DNA from: an uncultured Bacteroides sp.
GTDB taxonomy: Bacteria > Bacteroidota > Bacteroidia > Bacteroidales > Muribaculaceae
Assembly (NCBI GenBank): GCA_964454365.1
Contig: CAYVTB010000001.1
Coordinates: 1-52,286 of the forward strand
Length of the DNA stretch: 52,286 nucleotides
Reading direction: 5' to 3'
Part shown: positions 28,762 to 38,870 of the stretch, in pieces
How positions within the stretch are numbered: position 1 is the first letter of the stretch
Layout: each line of letters starts with the position of its first letter
The notes under the pieces: model-generated
Database searches by the model: none
Seen by the model: the letters and a program-made list of their open reading frames with translations, nothing else
What the model was told of the DNA's origin: nothing
Position numbers and translations under genes: made by a program

Positions 28762-29775
28762 TCAATCAATTTCGATAAGTTCGTCGCGGGTATAATCCCT
28801 CGCGGCTCTTGTTCCGATCACGCTGTCCCATAGCATTGGAGAAACACCGTTGCCGGGGCGCTTTACCGTGATATTTTCTTCTGTAAGAATTTCGCCGGCC
28901 TTGATGTCACGGGCAGCGACAATCGACTTTCGCGCCACCTCAATATTAGGTCTCTCGGCTTCCGCAACGGTCTTTACTCCGTTTCCGAGCGCCTGCTCGA
29001 CCACGCGGACGGCCTTTACCATCTCGGCCAGTTCGGCAGGCTCGAGCGACGCACGATGATCCGGACCGGGAAGGTTGCGATCAAGGGTGAAATGCTTCTC
29101 TAATACCTTCGCTCCTCGGGCAGCTGCAGCCACAGGGATAGTGATGCCGACTGTGTGGTCGCTGTAACCTACCCCACCACATCCCAATGTAGCCAGCGCA
29201 TCCATGGCCCGCAGATTCACGGCATCGGGGGGCGTGGGATACTGCGTGGTGCAATGCAACAGGATAATATCTTCGCGCTTAATGCCGCCGGTGCAAAGGA
29301 TATCGACCGCGGCAGCTACCTCTTCAAGCGTAGACATGCCGGTCGATAAAATCACCCGTCCTCCCTTTGAAGCGATTTTACGCAGATAAGGCAGGTTGGT
29401 GATTTCACCCGAGGGAATCTTCCACCAATCCATGTCGAGGGCGGCAAGACAATCAATGGAAACGAGATCGAAGGGCGTGCTCATAAAACCGATACCAACT
29501 TCATCACAAAGTTCCTTAAGTCCTGCATAATCGCTGAGCGGCAAATGGATGGCCTTGCACATCTCAAGCTGAGACTCGCCCTCGCCTGTTGTCTCTTTCT
29601 GATACTCAGCCTTAGGTGCGAATGTCGATATTACAAGTTCGGGAACGGCCGTCTGGAATTTAACGTAATCGGCCCCTGCTTCCTTGGCCGCATGGACCAT
29701 GCGACGGGCCATTTCGAGATTTCCGTTATGGTTAACGCCGGCCTCGGCTATGATAATTATATGATTGTCGTTCAT
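28762..29775 (-). CDS. neuB: N-acetylneuraminate synthase family protein (NeuB/LegI type)
   Basis: IIAEAGVNHNG, VKFQT, KIPSGEITN, YSDHT, EKHFTLD and a C-terminal SAF domain. Confidence 0.93.
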   Translation of the reverse strand: MNDNHIIIIAEAGVNHNGNLEMARRMVHAAKEAGADYVKFQTAVPELVISTFAPKAEYQKETTGEGESQLEMCKAIHLPLSDYAGLKELCDEVGIGFMSTPFDLVSIDCLAALDMDWWKIPSGEITNLPYLRKIASKGGRVILSTGMSTLEEVAAAVDILCTGGIKREDIILLHCTTQYPTPPDAVNLRAMDALATLGCGGVGYSDHTVGITIPVAAAARGAKVLEKHFTLDRNLPGPDHRASLEPAELAEMVKAVRVVEQALGNGVKTVAEAERPNIEVARKSIVAARDIKAGEILTEENITVKRPGNGVSPMLWDSVIGTRAARDYTRDELIEID

Positions 29776-30722
29776 GATTTTTCAGGATAAAATACTGTTT
29801 CTGCAGGGTAGCGCGCAATTTCGACACCCGGTTGCACGATAGGTACATGCAATGGCATTCCCAGCGCCTCGTGTATAATCAATGAAGGGATTTCAGCGCC
29901 TGCGAGGACGCTGCACACCGCGCCTCCGCCGAGGCGGGGATTTATCTCCATCAACAGCAGGCGCCCGTCGTCAAGATCGCGCATGAACTGAACCGTCACA
30001 GCTCCGCGAAGGTCGAGGCGCTCGATGGCTTCGGTTGACAGAGCCGTTAACTCCGGGATGTCGACCGTAACCGTTTTCGTCACTTCACCGCCGGCAACCT
30101 GCAGGCGTCGGCGAGGACTTGCCACAATGACCCTGCCGTAGCCAACCGAGGCGTAGCAGTCAACCGTGTATTCCTCGCGCCGGTCGATACGTTCCTGTAT
30201 AAGATATTTATCGCCTTCACCGAGGATTGCATCGAGCTGTTGCAGCGAGCGGATTTCGACGATACCCTTTGAGGCAGATCCATGGCGGGGTTTTGCTATC
30301 AGCATCAGAGAGGGCACGCCGGGAACATATGTGGCAGGAATAGGCAATGATGCTTTTTCAAACAAGGCTGCTGCAACAACCTTATCAAACATCTGCTCGG
30401 CCTTTTCAGGAGTACAGCAAGGCGCGAAGGCCGCATCGGCGAGCCGGGCGGCAACGGCCACTGCACCGTCTACAAACGGAATAACTGCTTTTATATTATT
30501 CTCACGGATTATATCGCGCAAATGACTGTCGACAGCCGGGTCGTTCCATCGCAGGCCCTCAATCACTGTCGCCTCGCAGGCAATTGCCTCGTGCGTAGAC
30601 ATCTCATAACTGAAGATGTTGCATTTCAAGCCCATCCCGGCAGCAGCTTTCTTGAACAGGCGGGCCATTGAAACCCGCTTGGCCCCCCCGAGGAACAGCA
30701 CATTAAACTCAACCGGTGTCAT
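29772..30722 (-). CDS. ATP-grasp domain protein
   Basis: DK, KPRHGSASKG, QE, EYTVD and EINPRLGGG motifs. Confidence 0.88.
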   Translation of the reverse strand: MTPVEFNVLFLGGAKRVSMARLFKKAAAGMGLKCNIFSYEMSTHEAIACEATVIEGLRWNDPAVDSHLRDIIRENNIKAVIPFVDGAVAVAARLADAAFAPCCTPEKAEQMFDKVVAAALFEKASLPIPATYVPGVPSLMLIAKPRHGSASKGIVEIRSLQQLDAILGEGDKYLIQERIDRREEYTVDCYASVGYGRVIVASPRRRLQVAGGEVTKTVTVDIPELTALSTEAIERLDLRGAVTVQFMRDLDDGRLLLMEINPRLGGGAVCSVLAGAEIPSLIIHEALGMPLHVPIVQPGVEIARYPAETVFYPEKS

Positions 30723-31726
30723 CGGTTATAAATATCTGTCTTGTATTTTTTTATATTTTCAGGCTTAATAAACCACTCGGCAGTCAACCGCAGGCCTTCT
30801 TCCAAAGAGACTTGGGGACGCCAGTCGGTAAGCTCGGTGATAAGCCTGTTGTCGCCGCATAAACGACGCACCTCGCTTCGCGAAGGTCTCAGACGTTCGG
30901 GATCGACAACAAAATCGACTTTGCGTCCCATAACCCGCGCAATAGTTTCAAGTGTCTCGGCCATAGATATTTCCGTACCGGATGCAATGTTGATCTCGCG
31001 GCCTTCTATTCCATCTGCCTCTGCCAGAGCAATGAAGCCGCGGCATGTATCGGTGACAAAATTGAAATCACGGGTCGGTGTGAGGTCGCCCACGCTGATC
31101 ACATTCTTTCCGCTTGCGATCTGGGTAATAATTGTCGGAATAATTGCTCTCGCACTCTGGCGGGGGCCGTAGGTGTTAAACGGGCGTGCTACAACTACCG
31201 GTAATTCAAAAGCATTATAAAAACTCAGGGCTATGGCATCTGCCCCGATTTTGGTAGCTGAGTAAGGCGACTGCGGCTGACGCGGATGTGTCTCGGGAAT
31301 CGGGACTTCAATGGCCGTGCCATATACCTCGCTCGTAGAGGTGACCAGCAGTCGCTCCACCCCGGCCTCGCGCGAAGCCTGGCACATGTTCAGCGTGCCT
31401 TTTATATTCGTATCGACATAACTCTCGGGAGCTATGTAGCTGTAAGGAATTGCTATAAGGGCCGCGAGGTGAAAGACAGTTCCGGCTCCTTCAACAAGAC
31501 TGCGGCAGAAAGCGCTGTCCCGAACGTCGCCACTGACAACCTCAAGCCGGTAATCTCCGGCAGGACGTCGCGCGATAACATCTTCAAGCCAACCCCAGTT
31601 GTTGAAGGAATTGTACTGGGCAAGGGCTCGCACTGTAAATCCACGGTCAAGCAGCATCTCGGTGAGATGGCTGCCGATAAATCCGTCGGCGCCGGTCACG
31701 ACAACCGGTTTATTTCTGTTTATCAT
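30719..31726 (-). CDS. NAD-dependent nucleotide-sugar 4,6-dehydratase (LegB-like)
   Basis: GADGFIGSH, HLAALIAIPYSY, STSEVYG, YSATK and RPFNTYGPRQSARA. Confidence 0.9.
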   Translation of the reverse strand: MINRNKPVVVTGADGFIGSHLTEMLLDRGFTVRALAQYNSFNNWGWLEDVIARRPAGDYRLEVVSGDVRDSAFCRSLVEGAGTVFHLAALIAIPYSYIAPESYVDTNIKGTLNMCQASREAGVERLLVTSTSEVYGTAIEVPIPETHPRQPQSPYSATKIGADAIALSFYNAFELPVVVARPFNTYGPRQSARAIIPTIITQIASGKNVISVGDLTPTRDFNFVTDTCRGFIALAEADGIEGREINIASGTEISMAETLETIARVMGRKVDFVVDPERLRPSRSEVRRLCGDNRLITELTDWRPQVSLEEGLRLTAEWFIKPENIKKYKTDIYNR

Positions 31727-31730
31727 CGTC

Positions 31731-32174
31731 TTACCAGGTTTTTCGTAAAATATACTTTCGTGTCACTCCTTCATAGGTCCAGGTCCATTCCATGCGACGG
31801 CCGTCTATGTGGCAATCCATTTCCATCGGTACTGCAGAAGTCATGTCCAACCATTCCGGGGCCTTATAACGTCCCTGACCCTGCTGATACTGGCTGTCGC
31901 TGTGAGTAAAATTGAGGACTATATGGCCCGGAGTCTCAGACCATGAACCGAACCGCTGAAAATTGGTCCCGTATTCATCATTTAACTTGTCGGCCTCGAC
32001 AACACCTCCCTGAAAACTGAAAGTACAACCCTCGGGAGTCAGTTCTTCCACATCGTCAATGAAGTAAGCCTCGACTGCCCATGTCCCAAAGAAAGCACCT
32101 ATAGGACCGTCGTTCTGGCATGAGGTCAGCATCGACAATGTTAATGCTATTATAAGATAAACGGTCTTTTTCAT
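31731..32174 (-). CDS. Lipocalin-like domain lipoprotein
   Basis: Lipobox LTS-C-QND, G.W motif (FGTW), SFQ and terminal LRK. Family assigned by resemblance. Confidence 0.65.
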   Translation of the reverse strand: MKKTVYLIIALTLSMLTSCQNDGPIGAFFGTWAVEAYFIDDVEELTPEGCTFSFQGGVVEADKLNDEYGTNFQRFGSWSETPGHIVLNFTHSDSQYQQGQGRYKAPEWLDMTSAVPMEMDCHIDGRRMEWTWTYEGVTRKYILRKTW

Positions 32175-33712
32175 TTCTTATCTTTAATGAAAGTAAAATT
32201 ACCGCTGTAACTGAGTGCAACAAGAATACCGAAATTATTTCCCCGCAACTTACCGTGGTCATAGGCGACAGTCGCCGATACATTAAGTCCGGGAATAAAC
32301 CGTGAAGCATTCCATGCTGCCGATGCCATCACGGAATGGTCTTCAAGCGACGCTACCGCGGGAATGCGGCCCGTTCCCCAGGCCTGTTGCCAGGAATACT
32401 TAACCGTGTAATCCCAGGCTTCACCGATGCAACCCTTGACAGCTGCATGAATACCGCGGGCTCTGTTATGCGCAAATCCCGAGAAACCGTTGAGATTATA
32501 GATCGGTGAAACAAGGAACGGAGTAGCGATGGCCATGCCGTAGTTGGCGTATCCGCCATAGGCCTCGTTGTTGTAATTGTCGTCGCCGCCCGTTGCTTCC
32601 GCGTCAAGATTACTTCCCGGGAAACTGCCGGGAGCCCAGTGAATAGGACCGCTCTGATTGCGGAAATCGATATATTCAATAGCTGCTCCGGTCACCCATT
32701 GACGCGAATTTGTAGTGTAATATAGTCCGTAAAGGCCATCCCATCCGTTGCGGTGACCTATACCGGAACCATCTTCCCATGGCCACTGAAATGCAAAACT
32801 CAGTTCATCACCGCAATCAAGTCGATAGCTGGCCTTGAAATCCCAGGTACCAAGTGAGTTTCCTTCATAATATCCGTCTTTGGAATCACCCTGAATAGGG
32901 AAAAACATTTTGAATACATCCTTTAAGCGGAATCCTCGGGAATCGCTGTTTATGATGTTACCTAAATAATAATGCCGCCAGTAGCCGCCGAATTGTCCCG
33001 CTGTCTGCATGCCGACGGTGACACTGAACGGTTGCGACGGCTTGGTGCGGAAGAAGCAGCGTTTATATGTGTAATTCAGATGCTTGGTCCACACATAGTT
33101 GTAATAATTGAATTGGTCGTGACTAAATCCGTCATCAGTAAATCGACCGTATTCTATTACACCGTCAATCTGCACCCAGCCATTTGTAAACGGGATATCC
33201 TGAAAATCAATAAAGCCTGCTTCAATACCGGGAATACCGCGGGCATTTGAGCTGCGGGTGAGGTCGCCTGAGCTCAGGCTTTCATCAAGCAAAGCCGACG
33301 TGTGGTCTTTCTGACCTATACGGAGAAAAATACTGCGATACTTTAATTCACCGTAGAGTTGCTGAATCCAGATTGCAGCCGGGCGGTTGCTAACGGTCCC
33401 CCATGTCTCTATTTCCTTGTACCAACGTGCATAGGAGTTGGCCGACGAATAACCGGTTATCACTTCGGCTCCTGCCCCCCAGCTGAAACGGCGCGTGGAG
33501 TCAATATCAACCTTTACACCTAAATCAAGCAGGACTGCATTCTTTCTCGGCGTGCGACCTCCGTTAAGCGACCCTATGAAGTAGGGAGCGAAATCCCCTC
33601 CGGAAGCTTGACCGAGCACCGTCGCGTCATATTGCATGACGCTCTGGGCCCGGAGTTCCGTGACAAAAGTCGCTAAGATCGCAACTGCCAGTATTTTGAG
33701 TCCTGTTTTCAT
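32171..33712 (-). CDS. Capsule assembly Wzi-family outer-membrane protein
   Basis: Signal peptide, LSSGDL..S.NAR.IP, GNSLGTWD, EDGSG, DGLYG and DDNYNN. Confidence 0.75.
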   Translation of the reverse strand: MKTGLKILAVAILATFVTELRAQSVMQYDATVLGQASGGDFAPYFIGSLNGGRTPRKNAVLLDLGVKVDIDSTRRFSWGAGAEVITGYSSANSYARWYKEIETWGTVSNRPAAIWIQQLYGELKYRSIFLRIGQKDHTSALLDESLSSGDLTRSSNARGIPGIEAGFIDFQDIPFTNGWVQIDGVIEYGRFTDDGFSHDQFNYYNYVWTKHLNYTYKRCFFRTKPSQPFSVTVGMQTAGQFGGYWRHYYLGNIINSDSRGFRLKDVFKMFFPIQGDSKDGYYEGNSLGTWDFKASYRLDCGDELSFAFQWPWEDGSGIGHRNGWDGLYGLYYTTNSRQWVTGAAIEYIDFRNQSGPIHWAPGSFPGSNLDAEATGGDDNYNNEAYGGYANYGMAIATPFLVSPIYNLNGFSGFAHNRARGIHAAVKGCIGEAWDYTVKYSWQQAWGTGRIPAVASLEDHSVMASAAWNASRFIPGLNVSATVAYDHGKLRGNNFGILVALSYSGNFTFIKDKK

Positions 33713-33741
33713 TTAATGCGAAAGGATTATTATTAGATTCC

Positions 33742-35016
33742 TCAGCTTTCGGATTTTTCAAGATCGTGGCCCGTCATGGCACACACACAACTGTCGGACC
33801 ACACATTCTCGGCGGTCTCCACCATATCGATTACCGTATAAATCGGAAGGATAAGCCCCATCACGACAACCGGCGCACCTATACCCGTCATAAGAGACAG
33901 GGTGAGGAAATAACATCCCATCGGTACACCTGCGTTGCCGATAGCCGATATGACTGCAAGGGCAAGCCATGTGAGCATCGTTCCGACGCCGATGTCCATG
34001 CCGCCGTTCTGCATGACGAAAAGTGATGTTACCAGAATGAATGCGGCGCAGCCGTTCATGTTAATTGTCGTACACAACGGAAGGACAAAACGCGAAATCC
34101 GCGGATTCACACCAAGCCGCTCCTCGGCGTTCTGCATCGTTACCGGCAAGGTTGCTGCAGAACTCTTGGTGAAAAGTGCCATCAGCACGGCCGGGCCCAT
34201 AGCCTTGAGAACTTTCAGAGGATGAAGACCACGAGCAAGCAGGAACAACGGCAGGACAACTGCAAACTGCAGGCAATTACCGAGAAGAACGACAAGTACA
34301 TAACGGCCCAAAGAGTCCATCATCATGCCGCCGCTCATCTGCGCCGTCAGTTGCTCCGAAAAAGCGAGAATACCGAGCGGCAAGGTCCAGATAAGTGCAC
34401 GGATAAGAATAAGCAACAACTCCTGAAGGGCGTTGAAACCCTTGACCAAAATCGTCTTTCCATCGGACTGAGGCATGACCGACAATCCTATGCCGGCCGC
34501 AAAAGCGAGGATAAGGATTGAAAGTACATTACCCTCGAGGAGCGGCTTGACGATATTATCAGGAATGACGGACATAAAGTGCTGTCCGAGAGTGAAATTC
34601 TTGAGTCCTTCGGGAATCGCGTCACCTCCGGTTGAAAGTAATTCCACCGGAAGATTGCCGGGCTTGATGACAATGAAGCACAGTAGACCGATAACAGCTG
34701 CAGCCAGTGTCGTCAGGAAAGTATATGTCACAGTCCTGACAAACAGTTTCCCTGTCGAGCGGTCTTTACCGGCCGCCGCGAGTGTCGTGACGATTGCAAG
34801 AGCGATAGTCGGCACGGCGAGCAGCTGGAAGAGTCGCGTATAGATAGTGGCGATTACGTTGGCAACGTTATCGATACCCTTGACACGGAGCAAACCGAGC
34901 CCCGCGCCTATTGCAAGCGCGGCAATCCAGATAATAAACTGTCGCCTGTCAAAGCTCGACCGTATACTGGGTCTTGCGTAAGGATCGGTCGCTACCTTTT
35001 CACCGTCGTTCTTCAT
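33742..35016 (-). CDS. Dicarboxylate/amino acid:cation symporter (DAACS)
   Basis: SSAATLPVT, FVLPLCTTINMNG, GNAGVP and DMVETAENVWSD. Confidence 0.93.
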   Translation of the reverse strand: MKNDGEKVATDPYARPSIRSSFDRRQFIIWIAALAIGAGLGLLRVKGIDNVANVIATIYTRLFQLLAVPTIALAIVTTLAAAGKDRSTGKLFVRTVTYTFLTTLAAAVIGLLCFIVIKPGNLPVELLSTGGDAIPEGLKNFTLGQHFMSVIPDNIVKPLLEGNVLSILILAFAAGIGLSVMPQSDGKTILVKGFNALQELLLILIRALIWTLPLGILAFSEQLTAQMSGGMMMDSLGRYVLVVLLGNCLQFAVVLPLFLLARGLHPLKVLKAMGPAVLMALFTKSSAATLPVTMQNAEERLGVNPRISRFVLPLCTTINMNGCAAFILVTSLFVMQNGGMDIGVGTMLTWLALAVISAIGNAGVPMGCYFLTLSLMTGIGAPVVVMGLILPIYTVIDMVETAENVWSDSCVCAMTGHDLEKSES

Positions 35017-35041
35017 ATTGCTTCTTTCAAACGATCAAATA

Positions 35042-35959
35042 TCAATCCTGGGTATTGAGGTAACCCTGGTAGTTTTTTCCGTCAATCACGCTGTGCACAG
35101 TAAACGGAGCACCATGAACCGAGCATGTAAAATCTACCGTGCTGGTGCGGTTGCCGGGAGCGATTACAGCAGTGAAATTGGAGATAGGATAACCTTCCTG
35201 AGGTACACCGCCGATAGTAGGGATAAACGCATCGGAGGACATGGTCACGACTGCATCCGAATCAATGGTGAAAGGAATATCGTTGAATTCCATGTTAAGC
35301 AGCGGCATGCCCTGGGCAAAGCTGGCATTACGGATCAGGAGTGTTCCGACATTCTTTGTGAAGTCAAGAGTCACAACATACAATGAAGCATCAGACTTGT
35401 AAGGGTCGCTTGCGGGGCCGGGGGCCGTGACCTCGGTATTGCCGCCGAGCACAATCGGTGTAATGCCGCCGGCGATCTTATAATTACCGTCGAGAGTAAA
35501 GGAATAGCTCAGAACAGGGAAATACAACTTATCGGCAAAGAGTTTGTTGAGCACGTTGGACAGATCAGGACGATCGTTCCAATAAAGCTTGAGATCACTC
35601 ACATCAACACGCGAACCCGTAGCAAGGAAAGCCGAGCCGTCCCCGACAATCTCGCCTACCGACGTTGTATCGTAAATTCTGATGGGAGCTTTCTCGATAT
35701 TGATCATGGGATAAACGTTGCCTGCGATCTTAAGACCCGAAACTGTAAGACCGGCCTTGAGGGTTGTCCAGTTATCAAGCATTGTGATATTAACGCTTGA
35801 GCAGATTTCCTTGGAACCGTCGCGCGTATCGGTAACCACCGCATAAGTGCTGTTAAACGGATGTGAGTAGATAATATCCTGCTTGCTTTCGTTGCTCGAG
35901 CAAGAACTGAGAGCAGCGGCGGCAGAAAGTGCAATAATCGGTAAATATAACTTTTTCAT
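35042..35959 (-). CDS. Hypothetical lipoprotein
   Basis: Lipobox LSS-C and beta-rich sequence. Directly downstream of the TonB-dependent receptor. Confidence 0.8.
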   Translation of the reverse strand: MKKLYLPIIALSAAAALSSCSSNESKQDIIYSHPFNSTYAVVTDTRDGSKEICSSVNITMLDNWTTLKAGLTVSGLKIAGNVYPMINIEKAPIRIYDTTSVGEIVGDGSAFLATGSRVDVSDLKLYWNDRPDLSNVLNKLFADKLYFPVLSYSFTLDGNYKIAGGITPIVLGGNTEVTAPGPASDPYKSDASLYVVTLDFTKNVGTLLIRNASFAQGMPLLNMEFNDIPFTIDSDAVVTMSSDAFIPTIGGVPQEGYPISNFTAVIAPGNRTSTVDFTCSVHGAPFTVHSVIDGKNYQGYLNTQD

Positions 35960-35984
35960 TTTTATTTATTTTATTATTTTTTAA

Positions 35985-38204
35985 TCAATTAAACTGCATG
36001 CGCAGGGTAGCGCCGAAGGTTGCCGGAAGCCCGCGCTGGGTAAATGCATTGCCCATGGACAGGAAATAGAATGTGTTGTATCGGGTCGATGTTATATTAC
36101 GGCCCCAGAGCTGAAGGCTCCAGCGATCGGCCTTGAAGCCGAGTTCTGCTCCGAGTAGAGCATAGAATGGCTGCGAAACTGTGTTTGCCTCGTTCCACTG
36201 TATATCGCCCACCCCGCGCACGTTAACGGAAAGTGAAGGCGTCAGCGGGCCGAGAGTGAAAGGCAGCTTCCACAGGGCCGAGGCAAATAGTGTATTGGAC
36301 GGTGCATAGGGAACTCGCTTGCCGCGAAAATCTTCACGCCCGTTGTCATAGCTGCGGAAGACAGCATTGGTGAAACCGTAGGAAACTCTGAAAGTCAGGG
36401 GATCGAGAGGCTGCCAATCGCCCGAGAGCTCAAGGCCCATGGATCGTGTGCGACCCGCATTGGTCATTATTCGTCCTGTTACCATTCCGGGAGGAAAGAC
36501 AGTGAGCTGCTGGTCGCGGCAGTTAATGAAGAAAGCAACTGCCTGATAGGAAGCTCTGCCACTCTGTGCTGACCCCGAAACACCAAGCTCGAAGTTCCAG
36601 CTCGACTCGGGCTTATAGCTGACAATGTCTGAAATCTTATAAGACATCCCTACCCCCATGCTTTCCATAACGCGCTGCTGAAGGACATCGCTGAACATCT
36701 GAGTGTTAAAGCCGCCCGATTTATAACCGCGTGAAACAGAAAAGAAAGCTTTGCCATCAGGGAACCGGTAGGTCACGGCCAGCTTGGGGAGGAGCTCGTT
36801 AAACGTCTGGTGAAGACGGCCGTTATCGTGAATTGCAACGGGAACATTCTTATAAAATTCACGGGAACCGTCGGGAAGCACATGATAGACCGTATAGGCC
36901 GCATCGGCATCGCTGTTGTAATCACACGATACCCGCTCGAAATCCCAGCGCAGACCGGCCTCAAGCGTCCAGTCGCCGAGATCAAGCTGGCTTTCATGAT
37001 AGAGGGCAAAACCACCGCCGCGGGTAGTAAACTCGCTTAACAAAGGGAAATTGCGGTTGTCCCATACAATGGGATAGTTGGGATTCATCTCGTTACGCTT
37101 TCCTTCAATGAGTGAGGATATGCCGGCTTCGTAAAAGGTAACCGGAGCCCACATGCGTATGTTGCGCGCAAAAGCAAAGACACCTCCCAGCCAGGAATAG
37201 GCATTTCTGCGGCCCTTGGCAAACAAGTCTTCGGTAAATGTCCACTCATGACGGCGCTGGGTGAGGGTAAAGAAATCCTCGGGAAGAAAATCCTGGTCAA
37301 GAGTCATGTTGTCATCAAGATACTGGACCGATGTCAGGGAAGTGACGACAACTCTTTTACCTGCCCATGCGACCGTGAGGCCGTCGCTGAAAGTATTCCG
37401 GCGATAGAAACATGTATCGTTATAGGCTATCTTGCCTGTCTCGACCGATTGATAAGGATAACCGCTCTGGCGTGAAATAGAGAATGCTGCGGTATTGGTG
37501 ATTGTGTGATGGGTCGAGGGGCTGAATACGGTCTTCCACCGCAGTGACCCGCTATTTTCAAGTCCCGTGCGGGTTCCATTGAAAGTGTTGCGCCAAAAGC
37601 CGTCAGAGTGGCGGAAATCGGCGACGAGCGATGTGAAAAGCCCGTCGGCTACACGAAAATAACCGCCGGCCGAAACTCGTGACGTGTTTGCACGGCCATA
37701 TTCCACAGCAGCGCGAAATCCCTGAAAATCTTTGGGAGAAAGTGTATAGATATTTATCTGACCACCCATTGAGTTACGGCCGTTAAGGAGCGACTGCGCG
37801 CCGCGGGCAACTTCAATGGAAGCGATATCAGGAATATCGGAATCATAAGCATCCTTGTTCAGGAAGGGAACGCCATCAATATTAAGACCGACTACAGCCT
37901 GGTCGAGCCGCGAACCGAGACCTCTCACATAAATCGACGAAGTCATGCGCGAACCGTAGGCGGGAGTATAGAAGTTGGGCACGATCTCGCCTATATCCTT
38001 GAGCGCGTAAATCCCGAGTCGGGTGACTGTCGCGCGGTTAATGGTTGTGACAGGTGAAGCTCCCGGCGTTGGCATCTGCTTGATACCTAAGACCTCAACC
38101 GGCCGTAGCTCACGAACTGCAGTCACATTGACCGAGTCGGAGTCAACAGCACCAACGGAAAGCGCGCCGCCCAGGATAGCAAGTGAGACTGCAATCATTT
38201 TCAT
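35985..38204 (-). CDS. TonB-dependent receptor (non-SusC type)
   Basis: Plug motifs IYVRG, IDGVP and IEVARGAQSLLNGRNSMGGQINI. Barrel motifs RGYKSGGFN and NAG. Ends LRMQFN. Confidence 0.93.
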   Translation of the reverse strand: MKMIAVSLAILGGALSVGAVDSDSVNVTAVRELRPVEVLGIKQMPTPGASPVTTINRATVTRLGIYALKDIGEIVPNFYTPAYGSRMTSSIYVRGLGSRLDQAVVGLNIDGVPFLNKDAYDSDIPDIASIEVARGAQSLLNGRNSMGGQINIYTLSPKDFQGFRAAVEYGRANTSRVSAGGYFRVADGLFTSLVADFRHSDGFWRNTFNGTRTGLENSGSLRWKTVFSPSTHHTITNTAAFSISRQSGYPYQSVETGKIAYNDTCFYRRNTFSDGLTVAWAGKRVVVTSLTSVQYLDDNMTLDQDFLPEDFFTLTQRRHEWTFTEDLFAKGRRNAYSWLGGVFAFARNIRMWAPVTFYEAGISSLIEGKRNEMNPNYPIVWDNRNFPLLSEFTTRGGGFALYHESQLDLGDWTLEAGLRWDFERVSCDYNSDADAAYTVYHVLPDGSREFYKNVPVAIHDNGRLHQTFNELLPKLAVTYRFPDGKAFFSVSRGYKSGGFNTQMFSDVLQQRVMESMGVGMSYKISDIVSYKPESSWNFELGVSGSAQSGRASYQAVAFFINCRDQQLTVFPPGMVTGRIMTNAGRTRSMGLELSGDWQPLDPLTFRVSYGFTNAVFRSYDNGREDFRGKRVPYAPSNTLFASALWKLPFTLGPLTPSLSVNVRGVGDIQWNEANTVSQPFYALLGAELGFKADRWSLQLWGRNITSTRYNTFYFLSMGNAFTQRGLPATFGATLRMQFN

Positions 38205-38282
38205 AACTGCAAAGGTAAGACTATTTTTTTAAATAATGTTTAAAATAGAGTACCCTAAGAGCAAAAATAAGATTATTTTGCT

Positions 38283-38290
38283 TATCTTTG
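38283..38290 (+). promoter_or_regulatory. -7 promoter element for the ECF sigma gene
   Basis: TATCTTTG, 22 nt upstream of ATG 38313. Confidence 0.6.
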
Positions 38291-38312
38291 CACACAAAAC
38301 ATCCCTATCACA

Positions 38313-38870
38313 ATGGCAAACCTTCCGGCCGAAGACCCCGAACTCATCTCGCGCCTCCGCGATCCGTCGACCGTCAGGGAAGCGTTTGGAGAAGTAATTG
38401 AACGCTTCACCGAACCGCTTTACTGGCAGATTCGACGTATGGTCCAGGACCATGAAGACGCCAACGACCTCCTGCAAAATACTTTTCTGAAAGCATGGTC
38501 GTCGATAGAGAATTTCCGCGGTGAAGCGCGCCTCTCGACATGGCTCTACAAGATTGCTGTCAACGAGGCTATCACTCACCTGGGACGTGAGCGCAAGCGC
38601 GCTTCAATCTCGCTCGACGAGCAGGCCGACACACTTGCGGCCGCCATCGAAGCCGACACCTATGTAGATGGCGATGAACTCGCAAAAAAATTGCGCCAGG
38701 CCGTCACCTCTCTACCTGAAAAGCAGCGACTTGTATTCAACATGAAATACTACGATGACATGAAGTATGAAGAAATGTCATCGATACTTGGCACAACGGT
38801 AGGTGCTCTCAAGGCATCCTACCACCTTGCGGTAAAAAAAATCGAGAACTTTTTTAAAAATTCCGATTAA
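38313..38870 (+). CDS. ECF-type RNA polymerase sigma factor
   Basis: DANDLLQNTFLKAW, FRGEARLSTWLYKIAVN (region 2) and LPEKQRLVF...YEEMS (region 4). Confidence 0.95.
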   Translation: MANLPAEDPELISRLRDPSTVREAFGEVIERFTEPLYWQIRRMVQDHEDANDLLQNTFLKAWSSIENFRGEARLSTWLYKIAVNEAITHLGRERKRASISLDEQADTLAAAIEADTYVDGDELAKKLRQAVTSLPEKQRLVFNMKYYDDMKYEEMSSILGTTVGALKASYHLAVKKIENFFKNSD

